A program made the translations under genes and the position numbers. A DNA stretch of 57,695 nt from positions 1 through 57,695 of the forward strand of contig JBOHQK010000128.1 in NCBI GenBank assembly GCA_050732195.1. The letters are read 5' to 3'. How positions within the stretch are numbered: the stretch's first letter is position 1; each line of letters starts with the position of its first letter. Origin of the DNA: Candidatus Methylomirabilales bacterium (GTDB lineage: Bacteria; Methylomirabilota; Methylomirabilia; Methylomirabilales; JACPAU01). Below the pieces are notes generated by a model. The model was not told the DNA's origin. It searched no databases and saw nothing but the letters and a program-made list of their open reading frames with translations. Of the stretch, positions 29,124 through 39,052 are shown piece by piece.

Positions 29124-30068
29124 ATGGGCCTCTTCCCCTTCGCCGCCCGCCGGGCGCTGCAGCTCGTCCCGGTTCTCCTGGGCCTCACCCTCATTGTCTT
29201 CGCCCTCCAGGCGGTGGCCCTGGGGGACCCCGTGCGGGCCGCCATGGGGCAGCGGGGGGATCCCGAGGCGATCGCCCGCATCCGGGCCGACTACGGCCTG
29301 GATGCCCCCCTCTGGGTCCAGTACGGGCAGTACCTGGGCCGCCTCCTCCGGGGGGACCTGGGGCGCTCCTTCCGCCAGCAGGTGCCGGTGGCTGACCTGA
29401 TCGCCGAGCGCCTGCCGGCCACCTTGCGCCTGGCGCTGGCCGCCATGGGGCTTGCCGCCCTCCTGGGGGTGGCGGCCGGGGTCGCCGCCGCCGTGGGGCA
29501 CGGTCGGCTGCTGGACGCGGCCATTATGACCGTCGCCCTCCTGGGGATCTCCACCCCGGTTTTCTGGCTCGGGATGATGCTTGTCCTGCTCTTCGCCGTG
29601 ACCCTCGGCTGGTTCCCCATCTCCGGGTACGGGGAGGGGGACTGGCGGCACCTCATCCTGCCGGCCCTCACGCTTGGGGCGCTCCACGTGGGCTATATCG
29701 CTCGGATGACCCGCTCGAGCCTCCTCGAGGTCCTCGGGGAGGATTACCTCCGCACCGCCCGGGCCAAGGGGCTCCACGAGAGCGTGGTCCTCCTCAAGCA
29801 CGGCCTGCGCAACGCTTCCCTCCCCATCCTCACCCTGGTGGGCATCGGGGTCGGGGACCTCCTGGTGGGGGCACCCCTGACCGAAACCGTCTTCGCCTGG
29901 CCCGGCCTCGGCCGGTTACTGGTGGCGGCGGCGGCGAACCGGGACCTCCCCGTGGTCTTGGGGGCGACGCTCCTCTTCGCCCTCATCTACGTGGCGGCGA
30001 ACTTCCTGGTGGATTGCTGTTACGTCCTGGCGGATCCTCGCCTTCGCTTCGCAGGGGGGCGGCGGTGA
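29124..30068 (+). CDS. ABC transporter permease (DppB/OppB type), cassette 2
   Basis: ALQLVPVLLGLTLIVFALQAVALGDP...EDYLRTARAKGLHES... matches the DppB/OppB permease pattern. Confidence 0.85.
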   Translation: MGLFPFAARRALQLVPVLLGLTLIVFALQAVALGDPVRAAMGQRGDPEAIARIRADYGLDAPLWVQYGQYLGRLLRGDLGRSFRQQVPVADLIAERLPATLRLALAAMGLAALLGVAAGVAAAVGHGRLLDAAIMTVALLGISTPVFWLGMMLVLLFAVTLGWFPISGYGEGDWRHLILPALTLGALHVGYIARMTRSSLLEVLGEDYLRTARAKGLHESVVLLKHGLRNASLPILTLVGIGVGDLLVGAPLTETVFAWPGLGRLLVAAAANRDLPVVLGATLLFALIYVAANFLVDCCYVLADPRLRFAGGRR

Positions 30069-30922
30069 AGGGGGAGGGGAGGGGGCGGCCGCTCGTGCGG
30101 CTGCTCCGGCACCGGGGGGCGCTGGCCGGCACCGTCGTGATTCTCCTGGTCCTGGCGGCGGCCCTCCTGGCACCGGTCCTCGCCCCCTACGACCCGGCCC
30201 GTGTCCCGGCCGACCTGGCCGCCCGGAGCCTGCGCTCCCCGGGGCGGGAGCACTGGCTCGGCACCGACCTCCTCGGGCGGGACCTGCTCAGCCGGATCCT
30301 GTACGGGGCCCGGGTGTCCCTTCTGGTGGGGTTCGCCGTGGCCCTCCTGACGGCGGCCCTCGGGGCGACGGTCGGCTTGCTCGCCGGCTTCTATGCTGGT
30401 ACGATAGATGTCGTGTTCATGCGGGTGACCGATGCGGTGATGGCGTTCCCGACGCTCGTGCTGGCCATCGCCGCCGTGGCGGTCCTGGACCGGCCGGGGC
30501 TCCTCGCGATCATCCTGGTCCTCACGGTTGTCCAGTGGACGACGGTCGCCCGCCTGGTCCGGGGGCAGGCCCTGGCCCTCCGGGAGCGAGAGTTCGTCTC
30601 GGCTGCCTATGCGCTCGGGGCCCGCGATCTCCGGATCCTGGCGCGGCACCTCCTCCCCAACTGCCTGGCCCCCCTCCTGGTCTCGATCACCTTCGGGGTG
30701 GCCAGCAACATCCTGGCCGAGGCGGGCCTCTCCTTCCTGGGGCTGGGGGTCCAGCCGCCCGCGGTCAGCTGGGGCTCGCTCCTCGCGGAAGGGGCGGTCT
30801 ACCTCACCGTGAAGCCCTGGCTGGTCATCTTCCCCGGCCTGGCCATCACCCTGACCGTCCTGGGGTGTAACCTCACCGGCGATGGTCTCCGGGACCTCCT
30901 GGAGCCGCGCCTCACGCGGTGA
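30065..30922 (+). CDS. ABC transporter permease (DppC/OppC type), cassette 2
   Basis: GTG 30065 overlaps the upstream stop (GTGA). HWLGTDLLGRDLLSRILYGARVSL...EREFVSAAYALGARDLRILARHLLPN. Confidence 0.85.
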   Translation: MKGEGRGRPLVRLLRHRGALAGTVVILLVLAAALLAPVLAPYDPARVPADLAARSLRSPGREHWLGTDLLGRDLLSRILYGARVSLLVGFAVALLTAALGATVGLLAGFYAGTIDVVFMRVTDAVMAFPTLVLAIAAVAVLDRPGLLAIILVLTVVQWTTVARLVRGQALALREREFVSAAYALGARDLRILARHLLPNCLAPLLVSITFGVASNILAEAGLSFLGLGVQPPAVSWGSLLAEGAVYLTVKPWLVIFPGLAITLTVLGCNLTGDGLRDLLEPRLTR

Positions 30923-30925
30923 TCC

Positions 30926-31915
30926 ATGGGATCGTTCGGCAGCAACAGCGACCTCCTGAGCGTCGAGAACCTCCAGACGTACTTCTTCACCGACGCGGGC
31001 ATCGTTCGGGCGGTGGACGGCGTGTCCCTGCGGATCGCCGCCGGGGAGACGCTGGGGGTGGTGGGGGAGTCGGGGTGCGGGAAGACCGTTACCGCCCTCT
31101 CCATCCTCCGGCTGGTGCCGGATCCCCCGGGGCGGATCGTGGGGGGGCGGGTCGTCTTCGAGGGGACAGAGCTCCTCGGGCTGGACGCCGAGCGCATGCG
31201 GAAGATGCGGGGGAGCGCCATCTCCATGATCTTCCAGGAGCCCATGACGTCCCTGAACCCGGTCTTCACCGTGGGGGACCAGATCGCCGAGGGGGTCCGG
31301 CTCCACCAGAACCTCTCCCGCCGGGCGGCCTGGGAGCGGGCGGTGGAGATGCTCCGACTGGTCCAGATCCCCGACCCGGACCGCCGCGCGCGGGAGTACC
31401 CCCACCAGCTCTCGGGGGGGATGCGCCAGCGGGTCATGATCGCCATGGCACTGGCCTGCGGGCCGCGCCTGCTCATCGCCGATGAGCCCACCACCGCCCT
31501 GGATGTCACCATCCAGGCCCAGATCCTGGAGCTCCTGGTCCGCTTGAAGGAGGAGCTGGGGATGGCGGTCATGCTGATCACCCACGACCTGGGGGTGATC
31601 GCCGACACCGCCCAGCGGGCGGTCGTGATGTACGCCGGGCGGGTGGTGGAGGAGGCGCCCGTCCGGGACCTCTTCGGGAACCCGCGGCACCCGTACACCC
31701 AGGGGCTGTTGGCCTCCATCCAGACGCTGGAGAAGGGGGTGGGGGGCCGGAAGCGCCTCCAGGCGATCCCCGGGCTGGTCCCGAGCCTCCTGGATCTGCC
31801 GCCCGGCTGTCGGTTCAGCGATCGCTGCCCGCTGGCCGTGCCGGAGTGCCGGGCGGCGGAGCCGGAGCTCCGGCAGGTCACCCCGCAGCATCGGGCCCGC
31901 TGCATCTTTGCCTGA
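30926..31915 (+). CDS. Oligopeptide/dipeptide ABC transporter ATP-binding protein (DppD/OppD type)
   Basis: Walker [12 protein letters not shown], signature [15 protein letters not shown], Walker [13 protein letters not shown], and the C-terminal oligopeptide-type extension (HPYTQGLL...[10 protein letters not shown]). Confidence 0.9.
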   Translation: MGSFGSNSDLLSVENLQTYFFTDAGIVRAVDGVSLRIAAGETLGVVGESGCGKTVTALSILRLVPDPPGRIVGGRVVFEGTELLGLDAERMRKMRGSAISMIFQEPMTSLNPVFTVGDQIAEGVRLHQNLSRRAAWERAVEMLRLVQIPDPDRRAREYPHQLSGGMRQRVMIAMALACGPRLLIADEPTTALDVTIQAQILELLVRLKEELGMAVMLITHDLGVIADTAQRAVVMYAGRVVEEAPVRDLFGNPRHPYTQGLLASIQTLEKGVGGRKRLQAIPGLVPSLLDLPPGCRFSDRCPLAVPECRAAEPELRQVTPQHRARCIFA

Positions 31916-31922
31916 GGGGGGG

Positions 31923-32888
31923 ATGGACGCGCCGCTCCTCACCGTCACCGACCTGAAGAAGTACTTCCGGGTCCGCCGGGGCGTCCTCTGGGGGGAGGCG
32001 GGGCTCGTGCGGGCCGTGGACGGGGTTTCCTTCACCCTCCGCAAGGGGGAGACGCTGGGGTTGGTGGGCGAGTCGGGCTGCGGCAAGTCCACGACCGGTC
32101 GCTGCATCCTGCGCCTCCTGGAGCCCACGGCCGGGCGGGTCGTCTTCGATGGCCTGTCCGTGTTCGATGCCGGCCGGGAGGAGATGCGGCGCCTCCGCCG
32201 CCAGATGCAGATTATCTTTCAGGACCCGTACTCCTCCCTGAATCCCCGCATGTCGGTGGAGCAGATCGTGGGGGAGGGGATGGTCATCCACCGGCTGGCC
32301 CGGGGGGCGGAGCGACGGGACCGGATCGCCGACCTCCTCCGCAAGGTGGGCCTGAGCCCTGACCACATGAAGCGGTACCCCCACGAGTTCTCCGGGGGCC
32401 AGCGCCAGCGGATCGGGATCGCCCGGGCGCTGGCGGTGAGCCCCTCCCTCATCATCGCCGACGAGCCGATCTCGGCGCTGGACGTCTCCATCCAGGCCCA
32501 GGTTCTGAACCTCCTCCAGGACCTGCAGGAGGAGTTCGGCCTCACCTACCTCTTCATCGCCCACGACCTCCGGGTGGTGGAGCACATCAGCGACCGGGTC
32601 GCCGTCATGTACCTGGGCCAGATCGTGGAGCTGGCCGACAGCCGGGAGCTGTACCGGAACCCGCTCCACCCGTACACCCAGGCGCTGATGTCGGCGATTC
32701 CGGTCCCCGACCCGACCGTGAAGCGGGAGCGGATCATCCTGAAGGGGGACCCGCCCAGCCCGCTCCGGCCCCCGAGCGGGTGCCGCTTCCACACGCGCTG
32801 CCCCAAGCGCTTCGAGCCCTGCGACCGGCAGGAGCCGGTCTTCCGGGAGGTCCAGCGCGGCCACTGGGTCTCCTGCCACCTGTACTGA
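31923..32888 (+). CDS. Oligopeptide/dipeptide ABC transporter ATP-binding protein (DppF/OppF type)
   Basis: Walker [12 protein letters not shown], signature [15 protein letters not shown], Walker [13 protein letters not shown], and C-terminal [12 protein letters not shown]...[13 protein letters not shown] 31923 follows GAGGGGGGG; TTG 31908 is an alternative start. Confidence 0.9.
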   Translation: MDAPLLTVTDLKKYFRVRRGVLWGEAGLVRAVDGVSFTLRKGETLGLVGESGCGKSTTGRCILRLLEPTAGRVVFDGLSVFDAGREEMRRLRRQMQIIFQDPYSSLNPRMSVEQIVGEGMVIHRLARGAERRDRIADLLRKVGLSPDHMKRYPHEFSGGQRQRIGIARALAVSPSLIIADEPISALDVSIQAQVLNLLQDLQEEFGLTYLFIAHDLRVVEHISDRVAVMYLGQIVELADSRELYRNPLHPYTQALMSAIPVPDPTVKRERIILKGDPPSPLRPPSGCRFHTRCPKRFEPCDRQEPVFREVQRGHWVSCHLY

Positions 32889-32890
32889 CC

Positions 32891-34228
32891 ATGCCCACCT
32901 TCCACATCGTCACCTTCGGGTGCCAGGCCAACGAGGCCGACTCGGAACGGATGGCCGGAGCGTTCGTGGCCGCCGGGTATCAGCCCGCGACCTGCCCGGA
33001 GGAAGCGGACGTCATCCTCCTGAACACCTGCAGCATCCGGGAGAAGGCGGAGCAGAAGGTCTACAGCCTCCTGGGCCGATACCAGGGCCTGAAGCGGGAG
33101 CGCCCCGGCCTGAAGATCGGGCTCACCGGATGCCTTGGGCAGCTGGAGGGGGCAGCGCTCACGCGCCGGTTTCCGGGCCTGGACCTGGTGGTCGGGACCG
33201 GCCAGATGCTGAAGGTCCCGGGCCTGCTCCAGGAGCGGCCCCTGATCCCCCTCACCCTCCGCCCGACAGAGCCCATGCCCACCTACGTGGGGACGCCGCC
33301 GCCGCTGCGCGGCAGCCGGGTCAGCGCCTTTGTGAACATCATGGAGGGGTGCAATTACTTCTGTACCTTCTGCGTGGTGCCCTACACCCGTGGGCGCGAA
33401 CGGAGCCGGCCGGTTGCGGATGTCCTGGCGGAGGTGGAGGATCTCCTCCGCAAGGGCTACCGGGAGGTCACCCTCCTCGGCCAGACCGTCAACGCCTACG
33501 GCAAGAGCCTCCGGCCCCGGACGACCTTCGCGGCGCTCCTCCGGCAGATCGACGCCCTGGCCGGCGGGGAGATCCGAATCCGGTTCACCTCCCCGCACCC
33601 TCGGGAGGTGACCTCGGACCTGTACGCGGCCATGGCGGAGTGCCGGGGCGTCTGCGAGCACGCTCATCTCCCGGTCCAGTCGGGCTCGAATCGGGTCCTC
33701 ACGCGGATGCGCCGGCTCTACACCCGGGCCGAGTACGTGGAGGTGGTGCGGCGCCTCCGGGAGGCGATCCCGGATGTCGCCCTGAGCACCGACCTCATCG
33801 TCGGCTTTCCCGGAGAGACGGAGGAGGACCACCGGGCGACCCTCGACCTTCTGCGGGAGGTGGGCTACGACAGTTTGTTCGCCTTCTATTACTCGCCGCG
33901 CCCCCACACGCCGGCGGGGGAGTACCCGGACCAGGTCCTGGAGCCGGTGAAGCGGCAGCGGCTCACCGAGGTCTTTGCGCTCCAGGCCGCGATCGCCCTG
34001 GAGAAGAACCGCGCACGGATCGGGAGAGTGGAGGAGGTCCTCGTGGAGCGTGGTCCGAGCGAGAAGGAGGGAAGCCTCGCTTCGGGCCGGACCCGTCAGA
34101 ACAAATGGGTCCACTTCCCCGCGGATTCCCTGGAGATAGGAGTAGAGATAGGAGCCGAGATTACTGAGGCTTACTCTTACTATCTTAAGGGAAAGTGTCA
34201 CCATGGTCACATATCGATAAGTCCTTAG
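32891..34228 (+). CDS. miaB: tRNA-2-methylthio-N6-dimethylallyladenosine synthase
   Basis: FHIVTFGCQANEADSERM...NTCSIREKAEQK...; radical-SAM cluster motif IMEGCNYFCTFCVVPYTRGRERS; C-terminal TRAM-like domain. The last ~100 nt are unusually AT-rich. Confidence 0.9.
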   Translation: MPTFHIVTFGCQANEADSERMAGAFVAAGYQPATCPEEADVILLNTCSIREKAEQKVYSLLGRYQGLKRERPGLKIGLTGCLGQLEGAALTRRFPGLDLVVGTGQMLKVPGLLQERPLIPLTLRPTEPMPTYVGTPPPLRGSRVSAFVNIMEGCNYFCTFCVVPYTRGRERSRPVADVLAEVEDLLRKGYREVTLLGQTVNAYGKSLRPRTTFAALLRQIDALAGGEIRIRFTSPHPREVTSDLYAAMAECRGVCEHAHLPVQSGSNRVLTRMRRLYTRAEYVEVVRRLREAIPDVALSTDLIVGFPGETEEDHRATLDLLREVGYDSLFAFYYSPRPHTPAGEYPDQVLEPVKRQRLTEVFALQAAIALEKNRARIGRVEEVLVERGPSEKEGSLASGRTRQNKWVHFPADSLEIGVEIGAEITEAYSYYLKGKCHHGHISISP

Positions 34229-34277
34229 AAAGACAGGGATTTTCCCACCAAAATGATGAGAAAATTGCTGAAAACGC

Positions 34278-34306
34278 TTGACAACGAAAAATCGAACACT
34301 TATCAT
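34278..34306 (+). promoter_or_regulatory. Sigma70-type promoter upstream of the SPOR-domain gene
   Basis: TTGACA (34278-34283), a 17-nt spacer, then TATCAT (34301-34306), in an AT-rich spacer. Confidence 0.6.
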
Positions 34307-34419
34307 CCGTGCCGTGAACCGATTTCTCATGAGACCCGGACTGAGGGCTGAGCAGGAACGACCGCATCGCGAGGCTATCGGCTAAACAGAATGGCCAGAA
34401 GGGAGGAGAGGGCCGGCCA

Positions 34420-35178
34420 ATGGCAAACCTCACGCCCCAAGCGAAGCGCCTGATCATTCTCGGCCTGTTCGGGATTGTCCTTGTCGGGGGCGCGATCGTG
34501 GTCAACAACTACCTTCTCGCGCCAGCCCCTCCTCCTCCCGCGCCTCCCGTTCGGCCGGTCCTGCCGCCCCCCCCGCGCCCACCGGCGGCCGCTCCCACTC
34601 CCGCTCCCGCGCCGGCGCCCCAGGCAGCCGTTCCCTCGCCAGGCCTTGGGACACCCCCGACGCCGACGGCGCCCGCGGCTCCGCCAGCGCCTCCCAAGCC
34701 GAGTGTGGCCGCTCCCGCGCCTGGGAGCTATGCGCTGCAGGTCGGCGCCTTCGCCGTCAAGACGAACGCGGAGAAACTGCAGAAGCGCCTAGAGGAGAAG
34801 GGGTACGCGGTGACCGTCCGCCAGGCCAGCCCCCGGCTCCCCCGGCACCGCGTCCTGGTGGGGGAGTACACCGCGCAGGCCGATGCCGAGAGCCAGCGGG
34901 AGAAGGTAGCCGCCACGGGCGCCAAGGGGGCGAAGGTGGTTCCGACGGGCGGGGGGAAGTTCACCATCGAGGCCGGCACCTTCCGGGAGCTGGATGCGGC
35001 GATCGACTTGGCCCGGGAACTCCAGAAGTCCGGCATGGCCTCCCGCATCGACTCCCGGCCCACGGCGACGGGCCTCTACCTGGTGCGGTTGGGGGCCTAC
35101 GCCAGTCGGCCGGAGGCTCAGACCCAGGTGGAGCCCCTGCGGAAGGAGGGGCTCAGCCCCATCGTGGTGAAGAACTGA
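34420..35178 (+). CDS. SPOR-domain protein (membrane anchor, Pro/Ala-rich linker, two SPOR repeats)
   Basis: TM segment LIILGLFGIVLVGGAIVV and a long PAPPPP linker. There are two units of the YALQVGAF...A..L...L...G and YLVRLGAY...A pattern typical of SPOR peptidoglycan-binding domains. Confidence 0.8.
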   Translation: MANLTPQAKRLIILGLFGIVLVGGAIVVNNYLLAPAPPPPAPPVRPVLPPPPRPPAAAPTPAPAPAPQAAVPSPGLGTPPTPTAPAAPPAPPKPSVAAPAPGSYALQVGAFAVKTNAEKLQKRLEEKGYAVTVRQASPRLPRHRVLVGEYTAQADAESQREKVAATGAKGAKVVPTGGGKFTIEAGTFRELDAAIDLARELQKSGMASRIDSRPTATGLYLVRLGAYASRPEAQTQVEPLRKEGLSPIVVKN

Positions 35179-35259
35179 GGACCCAGGATGCGGCTGTGGT
35201 CCTCTGCTCAGTGCCTGTCGCTCTTTAACCCGTTCGACCTGGCATAAGGGGGGACCGGC

Positions 35260-35541
35260 GTGACGAAGGCGGATATTGCCTCTCTGGTCGCGCAGAAGGG
35301 GCTGACGAAGAAGCAGGCCATGGAGGCGGTCGAGGCGACGCTGGAGACCATCAAGGGGGCCCTCAAGAAGGGGGAAAAGATCCAGCTGGTGGGCTTCGGC
35401 TCCTTCCAGGTCCGGGCGAAGCGGGCGCGCAAGGGGCGGAACCCCCAGACCGGGTCGGAGATCATCATCACGGCGCGCAAGGTCCTCAAGTTCAAGCCCG
35501 GCAAGGCCCTGCAGCAGGCGGTGAACACCCGCAAGCCCTAA
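35260..35541 (+). CDS. HU/IHF-family DNA-binding protein
   Basis: LVGFGSFQVRAKRARKGRNPQTGSEIIITARKVLKFKPGKAL is the HU/IHF beta-arm signature. Length 93 aa, GTG start. Confidence 0.9.
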   Translation: MTKADIASLVAQKGLTKKQAMEAVEATLETIKGALKKGEKIQLVGFGSFQVRAKRARKGRNPQTGSEIIITARKVLKFKPGKALQQAVNTRKP

Positions 35542-35557
35542 GCCCCTCTCGTGGCCT

Positions 35558-35586
35558 GGCCCCGCGGTCGTCTCCCCCGCGGGGCC
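35558..35586 (+). other. Perfect 10-bp GC hairpin between the HU and MerR genes
   Basis: GGCCCCGCGG-tcgtctccc-CCGCGGGGCC. No T run follows, so it is not a classical terminator. Confidence 0.5.
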
Positions 35587-35603
35587 CAGACTGAGGTGCT
35601 CCC

Positions 35604-35969
35604 GTGAAGAAGCACGCGCCGTCGGAGGTGCGGCCCTCCCATGAGCCCATCCCTGACAAGCTGTACTTCAAGATCGGCGAGGTGGCGCGGATCACCGGCG
35701 TGCAGCCCTATATCCTGCGGTACTGGGAGTCGGAGTTCTCCGTCCTCCAGCCCAAGAAGAGCGGCACGGGCCAGCGGCTCTACCGGAAGAAGGACATTCA
35801 GACAATTCTGAAAATCAAGCACCTGCTCTACGACCAGAAGTTCACTATCGCGGGGGCGAAGCGGCGCCTCCTCTCGGACGGGGGGGAGGCCCCGGCCGAC
35901 CTGCCCGAGACCTTGCGGCGCCTGCGGGAAGGGCTGGAGGGCCTTGCGGCCCTCCTGCGGAAGCAGTAG
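35604..35969 (+). CDS. MerR-family transcriptional regulator
   Basis: [66 protein letters not shown] is a MerR-type HTH followed by a wing. Confidence 0.85.
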   Translation: MKKHAPSEVRPSHEPIPDKLYFKIGEVARITGVQPYILRYWESEFSVLQPKKSGTGQRLYRKKDIQTILKIKHLLYDQKFTIAGAKRRLLSDGGEAPADLPETLRRLREGLEGLAALLRKQ

Positions 35970-35992
35970 CATAGGGGGCGAGCGAAGCGGTC

Positions 35993-36069
35993 CGGGGCGT
36001 GGCGCAGCCTGGTAGCGCACTGGCATGGGGGGCCAGGGGTCATGGGTTCAAATCCCGTCGCCCCGACCA
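35993..36069 (+). tRNA. tRNA-Pro (anticodon GGG)
   Basis: Cloverleaf read by hand: acceptor CGGGGCG/CGCCCCG, D arm GCGC-AGCCTGGTA-GCGC, anticodon arm CTGGC-AT GGG GG-GCCAG, T arm with TTCAAAT loop, encoded CCA. Length 77 nt. Confidence 0.9.
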
Positions 36070-36113
36070 CCTCTTCCCCCTGAGGGCTCCCTGGCGGACC
36101 CGGGGGGATTCCC

Positions 36114-36146
36114 ACAGCAGCCGGCGATGCCCGCTGCTGTTTTTTT
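36114..36146 (+). terminator. Rho-independent terminator after tRNA-Pro(GGG)
   Basis: ACAGCAGC-cggcgatgccc-GCTGCTGT followed by TTTTTT. It ends immediately before the surE ORF. Confidence 0.75.
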
Positions 36147-36923
36147 GTGGACGGTGATCCGGTGACAGCCCCCACGATCCTGGTGACCAACGACGACGGG
36201 ATTCACTCCGAGGGGCTGCGGGCGCTGGCGGAGGCGCTCGCCCCGGTGGGGGAGGTGACGGTGGTCGCGCCCGACCGGGAGCGCTCGGCGGCGGGGCACG
36301 CCCTGACGCTCCACCGGCCGCTGCGGGCCAGCGAGATGGCTCCCCGCTGGTACCGGGTGGACGGGACGCCCACCGACTGCGTCACGCTGGCCATCATGGG
36401 GATGCTGAAGAGCCGCCCCCGCCTGGTGGTGGCGGGGATCAACCTGGGGACGAACCTGGGGGACGACGTCACCTACTCCGGCACCGTCTCCGCGGCCATG
36501 GAGGGGACCCTCCTGGGCATCCCCGCCTTCGCGATCTCCCAGGCCGGGGGCGCAGGCTTCGACTTCACCGCGGCCGCCGCCTTCGCCCGACGCCTCGCGA
36601 CCCTCCTCCTGGAGCAGGGCCTCCCGCCCGACACCCTGCTGAATGTCAACGTTCCGGCCGCGCCTCCGGAGCGCATCCTGGGGGTTGCCCTGACCCGGCA
36701 GGGGAGGCGGGCCTACCGGGAGTCCATCGTGGAGAAACTGGACCCACGGGGGAAGACCTACTACTGGATCGGAGGGAGCGAGCCCGAGTGGGAGCGCCTG
36801 GGGGACTCGGATTACGACGCGGTGATGGCGGGGAAGATATCGGTCACCCCGCTGCACCTGGATCTGACCCACTACGAGGCGCTGCGGGCCCTGCGGGCGT
36901 GGGAGGAGCGCCTGCGGGGATGA
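36147..36923 (+). CDS. surE: 5'/3'-nucleotidase SurE
   Basis: [21 protein letters not shown]...[18 protein letters not shown]...GTPTDCV...[24 protein letters not shown] are canonical SurE motifs. GTG 36162 is a likely alternative start. Confidence 0.9.
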   Translation: MDGDPVTAPTILVTNDDGIHSEGLRALAEALAPVGEVTVVAPDRERSAAGHALTLHRPLRASEMAPRWYRVDGTPTDCVTLAIMGMLKSRPRLVVAGINLGTNLGDDVTYSGTVSAAMEGTLLGIPAFAISQAGGAGFDFTAAAAFARRLATLLLEQGLPPDTLLNVNVPAAPPERILGVALTRQGRRAYRESIVEKLDPRGKTYYWIGGSEPEWERLGDSDYDAVMAGKISVTPLHLDLTHYEALRALRAWEERLRG

Positions 36924-36966
36924 GGGGCGCCAGGCGTGCCGCTTGGGCGGTCCGCCGCCCTGTGCT

Positions 36967-37659
36967 ATGATTGCCAGCGGAGCCGGGCGTCGCGGCCGGC
37001 CGGGAGGCCTGCCGGTGGAGTTCGCCATCGCCAGGGAGCGGATGGTGGCCGACCAGCTCCGGGCGCGGGGGATCACCGACCCCCGGGTGCTGACGGCCAT
37101 GGGGCGAGTCCCGCGCCACCGCTTCGTGGAGGAGGCCCTGGCGGCTCGCGCCTACGGCGACTACCCCCTCCCCATCGGGGAGAAGCAGACCATCTCCCAG
37201 CCCTACATGGTTGCCCTGATGACCCAGGCCCTGGAGCTCGTGGGGGGCGAGCGGGTCCTGGAGGTGGGGACGGGATCGGGCTACCAGACCGCCATCCTGG
37301 CCGAGCTGGCCGCCAAGGTCTACTCCGTCGAGCGGATCCGGAGCCTGGCCGACCGGGCCCGGGCCATCCTGGAGGAGCTGGGGTACTACAATGTCCTGAT
37401 CCGGGTGGGGGACGGGACGTTGGGCTGGCGGGAGGAGGCCCCCTTCGACGCCGTCCTGGTGACAGCGGCGGCCCCCGAGGTCCCGGCGCCGCTCGTGGAG
37501 CACGTGAAGCCCGGGGGGCGCCTCGTGATCCCGGTCGGGGGGAGCACCGCCCAGGTCCTGAAGTGCCTGGTGAAAGAGCCGGACGGTCCGGTCCGGGAGT
37601 CGGAGCTGGTCGGGTGCGTCTTCGTGAAACTGGTCGGCGAGCAGGGCTGGCAGGGCTGA
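36967..37659 (+). CDS. pcm: Protein-L-isoaspartate O-methyltransferase
   Basis: [30 protein letters not shown]...[15 protein letters not shown]...[18 protein letters not shown]...GDGTLGW...[18 protein letters not shown] 36943 is an alternative start. Confidence 0.9.
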   Translation: MIASGAGRRGRPGGLPVEFAIARERMVADQLRARGITDPRVLTAMGRVPRHRFVEEALAARAYGDYPLPIGEKQTISQPYMVALMTQALELVGGERVLEVGTGSGYQTAILAELAAKVYSVERIRSLADRARAILEELGYYNVLIRVGDGTLGWREEAPFDAVLVTAAAPEVPAPLVEHVKPGGRLVIPVGGSTAQVLKCLVKEPDGPVRESELVGCVFVKLVGEQGWQG

Positions 37660-37680
37660 GGTTCTGCCGGCCCGACCGCA

Positions 37681-37759
<79 letters not shown>

Positions 37760-37774
37760 CTGGACGTGCTTCGG

Positions 37775-37808
37775 GCCACCGGTTCCCGGCCGGTGGCCGT
37801 TGTGTTTC
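37775..37808 (+). terminator. Rho-independent terminator after tRNA-Pro(CGG)
   Basis: GGCCACCGG-ttcccgg-CCGGTGGCC followed by gttgtgttt. Confidence 0.65.
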
Positions 37809-37843
37809 CGGGGCCGAAAGGCCGCCGCGTCCGGGAGGGCCGT

Positions 37844-37852
37844 GGTACAATC
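37844..37852 (+). promoter_or_regulatory. Extended -10 promoter element upstream of the LOG-like gene
   Basis: TGgTACAAT matches the TGnTATAAT extended -10 pattern. No clear -35 element is present. Confidence 0.4.
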
Positions 37853-37958
37853 CCGCGACCTGGAGGGGGATCCGAGGGCGGGGCCGCCCAGGCCGAGGGG
37901 AGCGGCATTGACTCCCCGGGGGAATTGGCGTACAACCACGCCGGATCAGGGGGAGAGG

Positions 37959-38429
37959 GTGCTCGCGCGCAAGCGCCGGATCGGGGTCATCGGCTCGAGC
38001 CGCCCGTCCCCGGAGGGATCCCGGCTGGCGGAGGCGGTGGGGCGCCTCCTGGGGGAGGCCGGGGCGGTCCTCATCTGCGGCGGTCTCGGCGGCATCATGG
38101 AGGCCGCGGCCCGAGGGGCGGCGGGGGTGGGGGGGCTGACGGTCGGCCTGCTGCCGGGCGCTGACGCCGGTGACGCGAATCCCTACATCGCACTCCCCCT
38201 CCCGACGGGCCTGAGTTACGCGCGGAACATCCTGGTGGTGCGGGCCTCGCAGGCCCTCATCGCCATCGAGGGGGGGTACGGAACCCTCTCGGAGATCGCC
38301 TTCGCCCTTCATCTCGGGGTCCCGCTCATCGGCCTGCACACGGCCTACCAGGACCCGAAGATCCGGCGGGCGGGGAGCCCCGAGGAAGCGGTGGGCCTCG
38401 CGCTGACGGCGGCGGGGGAGACGAGGTGA
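37959..38429 (+). CDS. LOG/TIGR00725-family Rossmann-fold nucleotide-binding protein
   Basis: RRIGVIGSS...VLICGGLGGIMEAAARGA...GLLPG...ALIAIEGGYGTLSEIAFAL is the LOG-type PGGxGTxxE-like motif. GTG 37959 follows GGGGGAGAGG. Confidence 0.7.
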   Translation: MLARKRRIGVIGSSRPSPEGSRLAEAVGRLLGEAGAVLICGGLGGIMEAAARGAAGVGGLTVGLLPGADAGDANPYIALPLPTGLSYARNILVVRASQALIAIEGGYGTLSEIAFALHLGVPLIGLHTAYQDPKIRRAGSPEEAVGLALTAAGETR

Positions 38430-38515
38430 GGGGGCGGGGGCCGAGTGGGGCGCGGGCCCGCCGGCCAGGACGACGGAGGACGAACCCGGGGCTGCCCGGA
38501 GGAGGAGCCGCGGGC

Positions 38516-39031
38516 ATGGAGAGCCTCAAGGCGAAGATCCGCGACATCCGCGATTTCCCCAAGCCCGGCGTCGTCTTCAAGGACATCACGCCGCTGCTTG
38601 CCGACGGCCCCTCCTTCCGCGCCCTCACGGAGGCGCTGGCCGGCCGGTTCGCCGGCCGGAAGGTGGACCTGGTGGTGGGGGTGGAGGCCCGGGGGTTCGT
38701 TATCGGCTCGGCCGTCGCCTACGTCCTCGGAGCCGGGATCGTGCTCATCCGGAAGAAGGGGAAACTCCCGTACAAGACGCACAAGGCGATCTACCAGTTG
38801 GAGTACGGGACGGACACCCTGGAGATCCACGAGGATGCCATCAAGCCGGGGCAGCGGGTCGTCATCGTGGATGACCTGCTGGCGACCGGGGGGACCGTGT
38901 CCGCCGCCATTGACCTGGTGAACAAGCAGGGCGGGACCGTGATGGGGATCGGGTTCCTGGTCGAACTGACCTTCCTCAAGGGCCGGGAGAGGCTGCAGGG
39001 GCAGGAGGTGTTTTCCCTGGTCCAGTTCTGA
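38516..39031 (+). CDS. apt: Adenine phosphoribosyltransferase
   Basis: IRDIRDFPKPGVVFKDITPLL...VVGVEARGFVIGSAVA...RVVIVDDLLATGGTVSAAIDLV (PRPP-binding motif). ATG 38516 follows GGAGGAG. Confidence 0.95.
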   Translation: MESLKAKIRDIRDFPKPGVVFKDITPLLADGPSFRALTEALAGRFAGRKVDLVVGVEARGFVIGSAVAYVLGAGIVLIRKKGKLPYKTHKAIYQLEYGTDTLEIHEDAIKPGQRVVIVDDLLATGGTVSAAIDLVNKQGGTVMGIGFLVELTFLKGRERLQGQEVFSLVQF

Positions 39032-39052
39032 GGGTCCGGGCGTCGCGCGCGT

